From positions 106,591 through 158,513 of the forward strand of contig JBOEGD010000014.1 of the NCBI GenBank assembly GCA_050633245.1: a stretch of DNA of 51,923 nucleotides, given 5' to 3'. This document shows positions 10,842 to 20,626 of the stretch, piece after piece; the stretch's first letter is position 1, and every line of letters begins with the position of its first letter. The DNA comes from Calditrichia bacterium (GTDB lineage Bacteria > Calditrichota > Calditrichia > RBG-13-44-9 > J075). Under the pieces are notes generated by a model. It did not search any database. It was given only the letters and a program-made list of their open reading frames with translations, and was not told the origin of the DNA. Both the position numbers and the translations under genes were made by a program.

Positions 10842-11017
10842 ATCGCTTTTAAAGCGGAATGAGGAGGGCTTTTTCAGAATACATTGTTTTAAACCCGGTC
10901 GTCAAAAAAACAAATAATAACTGTCAGGTTTTATGATTTCAGGAGGGTGGTGTTCAAAGCTTCATCGTAACCCGTTCCTTAAAGAACAATTACCAGATTC
11001 AGCTAGGCGGCTTTTTG

Positions 11018-11278
11018 TCAATTTTCAGAAGAATCAAAGTTCTGATTCAAGCCATTTAATAATGCGCGACGCAAAGAGTCATATTCTTCTCGGCACTCCG
11101 TACAGAGTTCGAGGTGATGTTCGATCGCCTGTAAATCTACTTCCGTCGATTTTTCAGTAAGTTGATGTTCAGTAAACTCTGCGATTACTTCGAGAAATTC
11201 GTCGCAAGCGATCTCGCGATCTCGCGTTAGGCTAATGAGCTTCATTAGACCATCAACTTGTTTGGATGTCAGCTTCAA
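11018..11278 (-). CDS. Soluble zinc-finger anti-sigma factor (zf-HC2/ZAS)
   Basis: HLELCTEC (HxxxCxxC) plus upstream Cys; AAGGA RBS before TTG; follows ECF sigma. Confidence 0.85.
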   Translation of the reverse strand: MKLTSKQVDGLMKLISLTRDREIACDEFLEVIAEFTEHQLTEKSTEVDLQAIEHHLELCTECREEYDSLRRALLNGLNQNFDSSEN

Positions 11279-11291
11279 GATTCAATCCTTT

Positions 11292-11945
11292 TTATACTTT
11301 GTGTCTATACCCGAGCAACATTTCCTCATTGTAACCGCGTGACTTCAAGGCACGTCTGAGGGCTTTACGGGCATCGTGAAAAAGTTTATAGAGGTTATTT
11401 CGATTTGTTCCCAACTGTTTGGCAATTTCCTCCTGCGGCATACCACTTAGCTCACAGAGTAGAACGTCGCGCTGCCTCTCAGTTAGGTCCGACTTGATTA
11501 CATCTCTTAATAATTCGATCAACTCACGCTGTTCGGTTTCATGATCGGGCGCAAACGACAGATCGGTAGAATTTTCCTGAAAAGCCTGGCGCTCTCGTAG
11601 CTCTTCCAGGGAGACGTTGTTCCATTCTTTTCGTCTAAGCTCATTAAAAGCCATCCGGAATGCAATTGAAAGAGCCCAAGAGGTAAATTGACTACGGCCT
11701 TGAAAGGTATGGAGTTTATCCAGTATTCGAAGAAGCGCTTCCTGAACGACATCTTCAATAAAAAGGATATTTGCTCCGGCACGGCCAGAAAGTCCCTTCT
11801 GCAATCCCTTAAGCAAAACAATCCTAAGCTCATCCAGCGCATGCGCTCTCGCAGGATAATCCTTTGACAACCGTTCAGGCCATTTATCTATTGAGTCTTT
11901 CATACGAGAAGATCCATTTGCGGATATGGGCTGAATATGCTTCAT
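11292..11945 (-). CDS. ECF RNA polymerase sigma factor
   Basis: Region 2 EDVVQEALL, FQGRSQFTSWALSIA; region 4 LTERQR, EEIAKQLGTNRNNLYKL. Confidence 0.92.
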   Translation of the reverse strand: MKHIQPISANGSSRMKDSIDKWPERLSKDYPARAHALDELRIVLLKGLQKGLSGRAGANILFIEDVVQEALLRILDKLHTFQGRSQFTSWALSIAFRMAFNELRRKEWNNVSLEELRERQAFQENSTDLSFAPDHETEQRELIELLRDVIKSDLTERQRDVLLCELSGMPQEEIAKQLGTNRNNLYKLFHDARKALRRALKSRGYNEEMLLGYRHKV

Positions 11946-12140
11946 AGGTCACGACATTCGCAGGATGCTTGCAACCGGAGAATCCATTGCTATACCTGGT
12001 GCAAAATTAAGATAAGTGACAATGCTGTCTATTCCAAAAGACCGGCACATTCTAAATTAAGTTTCCCTCGGCGATCCAACCAAATACACAAGAAGTGAAC
12101 ACAGCACAGGCTGACAGCCGAGGGCAAATATACTCTAAAA

Positions 12141-12521
12141 TCAAGCGGCTACTGATCTTCTTACAGCAGCTTCTTCTTTATTATGAAGACTTACGACACT
12201 AACGACTGCAGCTCCATTAATCCAATAAAACCAGGCATCCAAACCAGCAAAGCCAAATAGAAAAGGAGCTGCTAAAAACATGATGCCAACCGCAAAGTCA
12301 GCCGTTAGGTGAAACGTATACGGCAGCACCCGAAAAACACCAAGATGGTGATCTGTCAATAAGGTCAAAACGAGTGCAACGGCTCCGGTTCCAACTGAAA
12401 GCCAAAAGGCGAGAGGGTTAGACTCACCCAGTCCCAAAAGAAAGGGTAATAGCATTAAGGCAATAGCAACCGGATAATCCAAATAGGCATGTATTCTCTT
12501 TGTGATGAATCGTAAATTCAT
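12141..12521 (-). CDS. Small integral membrane protein (SPW-repeat-like)
   Basis: About 4 TM helices; HAYLDY, LLTDHHLG, HLTAD. Confidence 0.65.
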   Translation of the reverse strand: MNLRFITKRIHAYLDYPVAIALMLLPFLLGLGESNPLAFWLSVGTGAVALVLTLLTDHHLGVFRVLPYTFHLTADFAVGIMFLAAPFLFGFAGLDAWFYWINGAAVVSVVSLHNKEEAAVRRSVAA

Positions 12522-12556
12522 GATATACTCTCTTTATGAGTTAGAAGTGTTCGAGC

Positions 12557-13021
12557 TTAGTTGGCATCTTCAACGTGTTTGCTCGTCAGGTCATTCCAAT
12601 TGGCTTCTGCCTTTGCTACATTCTTGTCGAAATCCTTATTGAATACCGCTAGAATATCCGGGTTCAGATTGAGATAGAGTTTACCATCCCGAACTTGCCA
12701 GGTGCTAATATCTATCGGGAACAGAGCATTGACAGCCGCGCCATATGCACAGAAGCCACCAAACTGAGGTGCATATTTCTCAGGGTTCTTTTTGAAGAGA
12801 TCTCTATTCTTTTCGCTCGTAAAAAGATAAGTTGCCCCTTGATGTTCCGCCTTAATTCCCGGATTCCCATGGGTGGGTTTTTCAACCGTAAAAAAAGCTA
12901 CCGGATCATATCCACCAATGGCGATATCGCTGGCACCAGCTACGTTAACGAGCTCTCCGCCATAAACCATTGATCCTATAAAAAGCAAGCTGACTATTAG
13001 TGTCTTTAATCTGTTATACAT
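12557..13021 (-). CDS. Secreted YHS-domain (seleno)protein family member, Cys form
   Basis: Signal peptide; GYDPVAFF, YLFTSEKNRDLF, PQFGGFCAYG, DGKLYLN. Confidence 0.88.
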   Translation of the reverse strand: MYNRLKTLIVSLLFIGSMVYGGELVNVAGASDIAIGGYDPVAFFTVEKPTHGNPGIKAEHQGATYLFTSEKNRDLFKKNPEKYAPQFGGFCAYGAAVNALFPIDISTWQVRDGKLYLNLNPDILAVFNKDFDKNVAKAEANWNDLTSKHVEDAN

Positions 13022-13069
13022 GTCTTAATCCTTGATAGTGTACCAGAGGTTTATTCCGCTGGTTACTTA

Positions 13070-13098
13070 TAAGACACGCCCTGCAGGAAATCTCTTAC
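13070..13098 (-). promoter_or_regulatory. Candidate ECF sigma promoter
   Basis: Minus strand GTAAGA-N17-GTCTTA about 50 nt upstream of the YHS gene. Confidence 0.45.
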
Positions 13099-13296
13099 CC
13101 CTAAAAACAAATATTTTTGAAATAGATAAAGAATTGGCTCAAGAATGACGTTGAGGGGGGAATCTGGTCAAAAAAAAAAATCAACATATATAAGTAAGAT
13201 TTTCAACGCTCTACTCAAGTTTTGCGAAGCTGCGGCAAATTTAAACTATTAGGCAATGTCAGACCTTTCGCTTATTTTCTGCTGAAAGGGTTCACG

Positions 13297-13749
13297 ATGA
13301 AGCAGCTACACTACATTATTGCCACGGCACTTTGGTCAGGATATACTCCAAAGGCTCCGGGCACCGCCGGAAGTGCTGTCGGGTTAATTGCAGCCTGGTT
13401 TTTTTTGAGTGCCAATACGACGGCTTTGCTTATTGCCGTCGGCGTAAGTTTCTTTATTGGCTGGTGGTCTGCCGATGTAGTTGAGAAGGATCTCGGTAAA
13501 GAAGACCCGTCGATTGTGGTAATCGATGAAGTCTCTGGTATGTGGCTCAGTCTGCTATTCGTGCCAACGAATATTCTGCTTTATCTGGTCGCCTTCGGCC
13601 TTTTTCGCCTGTTCGACATCTGGAAACCGTGGCCGATTGACAACCTACAGCACCTGCACGGTGGGCTCGGTATTATGCTGGATGACATTATTGCCGGAGT
13701 TTATGCCTTCCTCGTGATGCAGGCTTTACTGTATTTCCTCCCTCTATAG
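13297..13749 (+). CDS. pgpA: Phosphatidylglycerophosphatase A
   Basis: APGTAGS, DPSIVVIDEV, FRLFDIWKPWPI, GIMLDD. Confidence 0.95.
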   Translation: MKQLHYIIATALWSGYTPKAPGTAGSAVGLIAAWFFLSANTTALLIAVGVSFFIGWWSADVVEKDLGKEDPSIVVIDEVSGMWLSLLFVPTNILLYLVAFGLFRLFDIWKPWPIDNLQHLHGGLGIMLDDIIAGVYAFLVMQALLYFLPL

Positions 13750-13859
13750 CGCACGTCCTGCGTAAAACAGTGCACAGCATGCACTCAACTTTTTTTCCGA
13801 AAAATCACAAGAAACGCTAACTATATAATATAAAGCTCGTTAGGCTATTTTTCTGAGAC

Positions 13860-13875
13860 TGGCAGCATTCTTGTA
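13860..13875 (+). promoter_or_regulatory. Putative sigma-54 promoter
   Basis: TGGCAGCATTCTTGTA (GG-N10-GT) about 70 nt upstream of the secreted protein. Confidence 0.45.
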
Positions 13876-13946
13876 ATAACAGAATAACAGTCAACATGCA
13901 GAAAAATTTCTCGGGCAATTTATTAACTGCCTTTTGGGAGGTTACA

Positions 13947-15656
13947 ATGTATGCAATTGCTACTACTACAAACTTTTTAAGACACTCTGTCTTTGTGCTG
14001 TTGTTCTTGCTTAATCTGGGCGCGCTCGCACAACAAATAGGAGAGTCTAAAACGCTATTAATCGGTACAACCTATTATGACTTTATCGAGGGGCAGGGGA
14101 GAAAATTTGCACCTGCAAAAGAAGTGAACACTGACGGTATCCATTTTATTTTTGATAATATTTCTCTTTCTACGAGTGAACGCATGATAACATACAACTA
14201 CTATGACATTGGTTCGAATTTCTTTTATGGCAACATGGATGTAGCATCAGGTAAAAATGCCTCTTTGGCAAATGGACTGAATGATGGCGCAATAATCACA
14301 CTTACCTCACCAACAGGCGTTCAGCTTATACAGGATGTAGGCGAAGCAAATTACTTTTTCACAACGACTCAAAATATTTCAGGCGCAAGCGGCTCCGGCT
14401 TTTCACGACAAGGAAATACTGCAATACTCTTAGCCGGGAGGGCGAACGGAATTATCGGCGATACCCTGTTGGTTTCCGAAGATAACATGCAAACATGGAT
14501 AGGAAGATCCCCATCAATTGTAGATACGCTGACGACCGCTATCGGTACCATACCAACTCCGCTGCTTAACCCGCAAGACCTTACAGAGTTTAGCTATTTA
14601 CTGGCGCCTGATATAACATCGACTGCACCAAATGGCTCTCTTGTGCAAATGTCTTCTACTGATAACGGAGCAACCTGGTCCTCAACGGAAATTCATGATG
14701 ACGATACCCAATATACGAACCACACTGGAAACATGAGTTATGCAGTCGAAGATTTTGCAGATATTAACGGAATATATGATGCCCAGGGTAACCTTCACGT
14801 AGTTGCCGGTGCCGTGCAGGGATTCCTCGATCAGACAAGGCCAATTTTTCCAATTCTCTATTGGAATGTCAATGATAATGAAATTGAAGAGGTAACTAAT
14901 CGTTCTTATGGAAGACCTTCAGACTCAACAACTCAAGCGAATCTGGTAAACCTGCGTCCTGGCAACGGTTTGGGCAATGCCTATCCGCAGATAGCACGCG
15001 TTGGCGCAGACTATCTGTTCGCGGTCTGGCAGCAATGGGAAACCAATCCGGATGGGAGTCTGCGAACGCTAATTGGAAGCGCAGGGCAAGAAATATTTGT
15101 CACCGATATTTGGGGCAGTCTAATTAGTAATTCAGGAAATCCTTATAATCCCTTTAAGGTTGCCGGTACAGAGGGTGTATCAGATGTTTTTCCCAGGCTC
15201 CCCGAAGAACTCAAGTTTAACACCAACAATTGCTCATACGTAATTGAACTGGCCTACCTGCAGGACACCGACCCCGGAGTATCCATTCTGGGACAGAACA
15301 ATCCTTCACTTTGTCAATGGATGTACACAACCATGACCATCGAATTACTTAAAGGGGCAGTAACAAGTAAGCCGGGCATATTGACTCCAAATGAACTTAC
15401 GCTGGAGCAAAATTATCCGAATCCATTTAATCCGGCAACAACGATTAACTATACGCTTAAAAGAAGAGGCTCGGTGCAGATAGAGTTGTTCGGCATTACC
15501 GGGCGCAAGCTACAAACACTGCTTAACGAGATACAAAACATTGGTAATCATAGTTATGAGTTTCAAGCCGGGGCCCTGCCCTCTGGAGTATACTTTTATA
15601 CGATTAGCAGCAATAACCAAAGCAGGCAAACAAAAAAGATGGTTCTTCTAAAGTAA
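13947..15656 (+). CDS. Secreted protein with C-terminal Por/T9SS type A sorting domain, probable beta-propeller with BNR/Asp-box motifs
   Basis: GGAGG RBS, signal peptide, SEDNMQTW and STDNGATW, QNYPNPFNP...LPSGVYFY...KMVLLK. Confidence 0.85.
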   Translation: MYAIATTTNFLRHSVFVLLFLLNLGALAQQIGESKTLLIGTTYYDFIEGQGRKFAPAKEVNTDGIHFIFDNISLSTSERMITYNYYDIGSNFFYGNMDVASGKNASLANGLNDGAIITLTSPTGVQLIQDVGEANYFFTTTQNISGASGSGFSRQGNTAILLAGRANGIIGDTLLVSEDNMQTWIGRSPSIVDTLTTAIGTIPTPLLNPQDLTEFSYLLAPDITSTAPNGSLVQMSSTDNGATWSSTEIHDDDTQYTNHTGNMSYAVEDFADINGIYDAQGNLHVVAGAVQGFLDQTRPIFPILYWNVNDNEIEEVTNRSYGRPSDSTTQANLVNLRPGNGLGNAYPQIARVGADYLFAVWQQWETNPDGSLRTLIGSAGQEIFVTDIWGSLISNSGNPYNPFKVAGTEGVSDVFPRLPEELKFNTNNCSYVIELAYLQDTDPGVSILGQNNPSLCQWMYTTMTIELLKGAVTSKPGILTPNELTLEQNYPNPFNPATTINYTLKRRGSVQIELFGITGRKLQTLLNEIQNIGNHSYEFQAGALPSGVYFYTISSNNQSRQTKKMVLLK

Positions 15657-15807
15657 AAGCCTCTGCGGAGAATGAGGTGTGTTGCTGGAAACGTTGGGAG
15701 GCGTTTCTGCTGCTCAGGGTGATCCGCGCTGATGTGGAAAAGAGCTTTGCTCGATTCCCGTCAGCCGGGTCTGAAAATTTGAACGGAGGCCCTAACCTCC
15801 ATGCATC

Positions 15808-15846
15808 AGTGCTTGTCCTATGGCGCCCCGCTATAGGACAAGCGCT
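15808..15846. terminator. Long hairpin between convergent genes
   Basis: GCTTGTCCTAT...ATAGGACAAGC perfect arms, extendable with G-T pairs. Confidence 0.6.
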
Positions 15847-15865
15847 ATATATCCAAAAAACTACG

Positions 15866-16882
15866 TTACTTTCGAGAAGAACCTTTTACAGGTAGCTTCG
15901 CAAGTTGAGAGTCCTCGTCTGAAGTAGTGCCGAGATTAAAGATTAACATTGCTTCAAACTGTTGGAAGAGCATTCGATCGAAGCGTTTTCCAGCATCCGG
16001 GCGTAAATCAGCAAGTGCGGTTAAGGGTTCCATAGGATTTTTCTGAACGGCCAGCTGAAACTGCTTTAGAATTGCCAATATCCTGGAATGAAGGGGGATT
16101 TTCTCACTTTTTAACCCGGCAGGATACCCCGAACCATCGACATGCTCATTTTGATGTCGCACGGTTTCAACGACATTTTCCATTCCATCCATCTCGCCAA
16201 TAATATTGCTACCGATAAGTGTATAATCGTATTCAATATTATAATTTGACGCCGTCATCGATTCCGCAAGCTGCACAATATCGTCTGGCATCCCCAACTT
16301 GCCAAAATCATATAGATAGGATGCCAACTTTAAGTGTGCGGTTTCTTCAGGAGAAAGCTTCACCCAAATCGCGAACTTCATTGCCAACGAAACGACAGCT
16401 CGAATATGACTTCCCATCTCAACACTCTTGGCATCAATTGCCTGCATTAACATATTGATGGTTTCCTGCGACTGGTCGTGCTGTGAACAATAGTGACGTT
16501 GAACTTCCAGCCGCTTGCGCTCGATGCCCTTTTCAATTACAACAGGCAGATCCGTAAGCGGAACTGGTTTAACAAGATAATCGCAAACACCGAAGGACAA
16601 TGCTTTACGCACCAGCTTTATATCGTTGAAACTGCTTATGAGTATGATGGGGAGATGTGGACATTCTACAACCAACTTTTCGGCAAGCTCTATGCCGGTT
16701 GTGGCGGGGAGGTCGATATCGCTTAACAGCACATCAACCTGATTCTGTCGCAGATAATCCAGCCCACCCGTTGCCGAGTAGGCCAGACTTACATCGTATC
16801 CAAATTGCTGTAGGGCGTCTTGTAACATTTCGCCATACGTAATATCATCTTCGATTACCAACACATGTTTCGTCCCTGACAT
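15866..16882 (-). CDS. Response regulator with HD-GYP-like domain (degenerate metal ligands)
   Basis: Receiver VLVIEDD, LLSDID, YLVKP; output LYDFGK, RHQNEHVDGSGYP. Confidence 0.85.
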   Translation of the reverse strand: MSGTKHVLVIEDDITYGEMLQDALQQFGYDVSLAYSATGGLDYLRQNQVDVLLSDIDLPATTGIELAEKLVVECPHLPIILISSFNDIKLVRKALSFGVCDYLVKPVPLTDLPVVIEKGIERKRLEVQRHYCSQHDQSQETINMLMQAIDAKSVEMGSHIRAVVSLAMKFAIWVKLSPEETAHLKLASYLYDFGKLGMPDDIVQLAESMTASNYNIEYDYTLIGSNIIGEMDGMENVVETVRHQNEHVDGSGYPAGLKSEKIPLHSRILAILKQFQLAVQKNPMEPLTALADLRPDAGKRFDRMLFQQFEAMLIFNLGTTSDEDSQLAKLPVKGSSRK

Positions 16883-16899
16883 GCTTAATACTCCGTCGG

Positions 16900-18078
16900 T
16901 TAGTCTCCCGCTTTAAATGACGGGATACCCGTGATGTCGCTTCCAATAATTAAAGTATGGATATCGTGGGTTCCTTCGTATGTCTTAACCGTTTCCAAAT
17001 TACACATATGGCGCATGCACTGATATTCGGAAGTGATGCCATTGGCACCCAGAATATCCCTGGCCATACGAGCAATCTCCAGAGCGTGATATACATTGTT
17101 ACGTTTTGCCATTGAGACTTGGTTGAAGTTCATCTGTCCTTGATCCTTCAAACGTCCTAATTGAAGAGACAGAAGCTGCATCTTGGTGATCTCGGAGATC
17201 ATATAGACAAGTTTTTGCTGCACCAGCTGATACGACGCGATCGGCTTCTCGAACTGGATTCTGGTTAGAGCATAGTTCAGGGCTTCATCATAACAGGCCA
17301 TCGCTGCACCGATTGCCCCCCAGGAGATTCCATAACGCGCCTGAGTAAGACAACCTAGCGGAGAGCCTAGTCCCCTCGATTCTGGTAATAAATTTTCGAC
17401 GGGAATCGCACAGTCTTGAAAAATAAGTTCAGAAGTTATCGAAGCGCGCAATGAATGCTTACCTTTCATTTCCGGTGCAGAGAAGCCTTCAGTGCCTTTT
17501 TCGACCAGAAAACCGCGAATCACACCGTCCAGTTTTGCCCAAACTACTGCAACATGTGCATCCGTTCCGTTGGTAATCCACATTTTCGCACCATTCAGGA
17601 CATAATGATTGCCATCTTTTACGGCATTGGTAATCATATTACCTGGGTCTGAACCATAATCAGGCTCGGTAAGGCCAAAGCAACCAATCGCTTCACCACT
17701 TGCCAACTTGGGCAGCCATTTCATACGCTGATCTTCACTTCCGTACGCAAAGATAGGGTACATAACCAGTGCGCCCTGCACGGAAGCACCACTGCGAATA
17801 CCACTATCAGCGCGCTCTAACTCTTGCATCATCAAACCATATGCAACATTGTTTACGCCTGCACAACCGTATTTCTCCGGTAGGTTCGCGCCAAACAAAC
17901 CCAGCTCACCCATTTGTGGACGTAGATGCCGAGGATAGGTCGCATCCTGATAGCTGGTCTCAATAATCGGCATAATATTTTCTTCCACCCAATCCCGCAC
18001 GGATGAGCGGATCATCTTCTCGTCTTCGCTAAGCAACGAATCGATGTTGTAGTAGTCTGGAGATTTAAATTTTTCCAT
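16900..18078 (-). CDS. gcdH: Acyl-CoA dehydrogenase, glutaryl-CoA dehydrogenase-like
   Basis: CFGLTEPDYGSD, GAKMWITN, ARYGISWG, ARDILGANGI, TYEGTHDIH. Confidence 0.8.
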   Translation of the reverse strand: MEKFKSPDYYNIDSLLSEDEKMIRSSVRDWVEENIMPIIETSYQDATYPRHLRPQMGELGLFGANLPEKYGCAGVNNVAYGLMMQELERADSGIRSGASVQGALVMYPIFAYGSEDQRMKWLPKLASGEAIGCFGLTEPDYGSDPGNMITNAVKDGNHYVLNGAKMWITNGTDAHVAVVWAKLDGVIRGFLVEKGTEGFSAPEMKGKHSLRASITSELIFQDCAIPVENLLPESRGLGSPLGCLTQARYGISWGAIGAAMACYDEALNYALTRIQFEKPIASYQLVQQKLVYMISEITKMQLLSLQLGRLKDQGQMNFNQVSMAKRNNVYHALEIARMARDILGANGITSEYQCMRHMCNLETVKTYEGTHDIHTLIIGSDITGIPSFKAGD

Positions 18079-18157
18079 ATCTCGAAGTATCCCTGTAATT
18101 TTTTGTCATAAATTTATTGATCGGGTAAATCCGAGGCAAGGTAAATAAAATACAGGG

Positions 18158-18178
18158 GTCAGAAGTCAGAAGTCAGAA
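18158..18178. repeat. Heptamer tandem repeat (GTCAGAA)x3
   Basis: Three exact units, then degenerate continuation. Confidence 0.85.
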
Positions 18179-18196
18179 GACGAGAGCGAGTGAACT

Positions 18197-18307
18197 CGTA
18201 ACGTGGGTCTTGACCCACGAGAAAGCACCAACACGTAAAGTGGATATTGACCCACAAAAGAGCACCAACACGTAACGTCGGTATTGACCCATGAGAGAGC
18301 ACCAACA
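18197..18307. repeat. Three tandem 37-nt REP-like palindromic units
   Basis: Units at 18197, 18234 and 18271; first is CGTAACGTGGGTCTTGACCCACGAGAAAGCACCAACA with hairpin CGTGGGTC-TT-GACCCACG. Confidence 0.9.
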
Positions 18308-18496
18308 TGAAGCCCAACAAGCAAAGCTTACGGTCTACTGCTCGCTCTGGCCTCGACTCCGCTCAGCCTGACGCGGAATCGCGATTGCAAAGAAACGCAA
18401 TGCCTATGTCTTTACACCCGCTCACCCTGTTTCCCGCTCACCTTGTCTCCACCTCGCCCCTTCGGCTATACTCAAGGAGCGAGAGCAAGACCACGT

Positions 18497-20068
18497 TTAC
18501 TGATGCCCATTGCCCGTTGCCGGGTTCAGCATTTCATTCAGCGCCTCACCAAGAAAGCCGGTAAGATCAGAGGCCATTAATGAGTATTGTGTTGTGCGTT
18601 CAACAACAAAGTCAGCAACATACCCGTGCACAAAGTTTGCAGTATAAGCCGCTTCATCCGGGCGAAAGCGCTGAGCGAGCAAACCGGCAATAAAACCTGT
18701 TAGCACATCTCCAGTGCCGCCACTTGCCAGACCGGGATTACCGGTAGGGTTCAGATAAACCCGCTTATCAGGCATGGCAACCAGCGCCGGTGCACCTTTC
18801 AACAAAACAGTCAGGCCATATTTCGAAGCAAACTCCTGAGCCATTTCAAGGCGCTTATCTGCCAATGACTGAGGCGTTTCGTCTGGGAAGAAACGCAAGA
18901 ACTCCCCCATATGCGGCGTTAGAATCCAGTTCTGCGCCTTATCGCTTTTCAATAATTCAGGGTTATTGGCAAGTGCCAATAGTGCATCGGCATCAATAAC
19001 GATTGGTTTATCAAAGTTAGTAAGCACATCGACAACTACAGCCTGCACTTCCTTCGATCGTCCCAGTCCAGGCCCAATAGCAAGCACATCACACCAGTCC
19101 AGCAGTTCGTTAATACCCTCCATGCTCGGCTTGCCAATGGTATGGTCTTTTGTTTCCGGCAGTGGGCGGGTGATTACCTCGGTAAGCTTTTGCTCAACAA
19201 CGGGATTTATACATTCCGGAACGGCAAGAATGGTAAGCCCCGCTCCCATGCGTTGTGCCGCCTCGGCCGTAAGGGTTGCCGCGCCTGAGAACCCTTTAGA
19301 GCCGGCAAGCACGCCAACCTTCCCGCATTCGTATTTATGTGCATCGGGGTAGCGAAACGGCATCACAATATCATCCTGTTCCAGCATATCCACCAAAACA
19401 TCATCATCGTTGAGCACAGAAGGCGGGGTGCCGATATCGGCAATAAACAGTTCGCCGACAAAGTTCTTAGCAGGATACATGGTATGACAGCGTTTCGGCA
19501 GCGCCATACTAACGGTGATATCTGCCCGAACAGCGACGCCTTCAACCTTTGGCGAACTGGCATTCAGCCCGGAAGGCAAATCGATGGAAATTACCTTAGA
19601 CTCAAAATTTGTATTTATAAACTCTATAATTGAGCGGGTGATTCCGGAAGGAGCAGATCTCAATCCGGTTCCAAGAAGAGCATCCACCACCATATCCGGC
19701 TCATCGTCAACCGATTCTAAAATAGCCATGTCGGTAAGAAACTCGATTGGCACGTGCATGTTCTGCAAAATGTTATAGTTTATGCGCGCGTCATCCTCAA
19801 TTTCATGTTCTTCTACAGAGCAAAAAACCCGAACATAAACGCCTTCATTCCACAAGTGGCGAGCCACAACGAATCCGTCACCACCATTATTTCCTTTACC
19901 GCAGAATACGTAAACTAACGGGTCCTGAACGCCATCAAGCTCGTGTAGGATTATGCGAAAAGCAGCTAAACCGGCGTTTTCCATCAGCACAACACCCGGT
20001 ACGCCAATATCTTCAATCGTAAACCGGTCAATTTCTCTCATTTCACTAGCAGTTACAACCTTGATCAT
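18497..20068 (-). CDS. nnr: Bifunctional NAD(P)H-hydrate epimerase/dehydratase (NnrE-NnrD)
   Basis: LMENAG, CGKGNNGGDG, DALLGTG, GPGLG, TPHMGEF, GGTGDVL. Confidence 0.95.
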   Translation of the reverse strand: MIKVVTASEMREIDRFTIEDIGVPGVVLMENAGLAAFRIILHELDGVQDPLVYVFCGKGNNGGDGFVVARHLWNEGVYVRVFCSVEEHEIEDDARINYNILQNMHVPIEFLTDMAILESVDDEPDMVVDALLGTGLRSAPSGITRSIIEFINTNFESKVISIDLPSGLNASSPKVEGVAVRADITVSMALPKRCHTMYPAKNFVGELFIADIGTPPSVLNDDDVLVDMLEQDDIVMPFRYPDAHKYECGKVGVLAGSKGFSGAATLTAEAAQRMGAGLTILAVPECINPVVEQKLTEVITRPLPETKDHTIGKPSMEGINELLDWCDVLAIGPGLGRSKEVQAVVVDVLTNFDKPIVIDADALLALANNPELLKSDKAQNWILTPHMGEFLRFFPDETPQSLADKRLEMAQEFASKYGLTVLLKGAPALVAMPDKRVYLNPTGNPGLASGGTGDVLTGFIAGLLAQRFRPDEAAYTANFVHGYVADFVVERTTQYSLMASDLTGFLGEALNEMLNPATGNGHQ

Positions 20069-20100
20069 CGTCAGTCTCCATCATGTATTTTTTTCGTCTG

Positions 20101-20484
20101 TTACTTCGCGGGATCATCAATAACAACCATTGCAATCGCCATATTTCCAGCATGGCTAATAGATAGATGCGCTTTTTTACCGGTAAGTAATCTGGCAACT
20201 TCACCCGTCAGCACTAACTCCGGTCGGCCATTTTCATCATTACGCACTTCAACATCATGCCAGCGCATGTCGGTTCGCAGTCCCAGCCCGGTAGATTTGA
20301 ACACTGCTTCTTTTGCAGCATAGCGTGCAGCAAAGCTTTGGGCAGCGCTATTCTTTTTACCCTGGCAATAGGCTACTTCGAGTGGAGTAAATACGCGTTT
20401 CAAAAAGCGATCTCCATAACGCTCAATTAATCGCTGAATACGTTCAACCTCAGTCAGGTCGACACCTGTAGACCAACAGCTCAT
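20101..20484 (-). CDS. acpS: Holo-[acyl-carrier-protein] synthase
   Basis: GVDLTEVERI, FAARYAAKEAVFK, LSISH. Confidence 0.95.
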   Translation of the reverse strand: MSCWSTGVDLTEVERIQRLIERYGDRFLKRVFTPLEVAYCQGKKNSAAQSFAARYAAKEAVFKSTGLGLRTDMRWHDVEVRNDENGRPELVLTGEVARLLTGKKAHLSISHAGNMAIAMVVIDDPAK

Positions 20485-20561
20485 CTATCTGTCTCTATCT
20501 TGATTGTTAGATGGGAAATATAGGCATCAATAGAGGCCGACACAATCGCAATACGTGAAGA

Positions 20562-20596
20562 AAAAGCGCCCAACAGACAAGCTGATGGGCGCTTTT
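20562..20596 (-). terminator. Intrinsic terminator downstream of EF-G paralog
   Basis: AAAAGCGCCCA...TGGGCGCTTTT inverted repeat with T-tracts on both strands. Confidence 0.75.
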
Positions 20597-20626
20597 AGTA
20601 AAATACTGGCAGTTAAATAGTCACTT

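Noticed and set aside
12557-13021. YHS protein as a selenoprotein
   Set aside because: The relevant codon is TGT (Cys) and the ORF has no internal TGA
15660-15810. Possible ncRNA or riboswitch between convergent genes
   Set aside because: Only short hairpins; no recognisable consensus; not in a 5' leader position
18197-18307. CRISPR array (37-nt palindromic repeats)
   Set aside because: Units are directly adjacent with no unique spacers, and no cas genes are present
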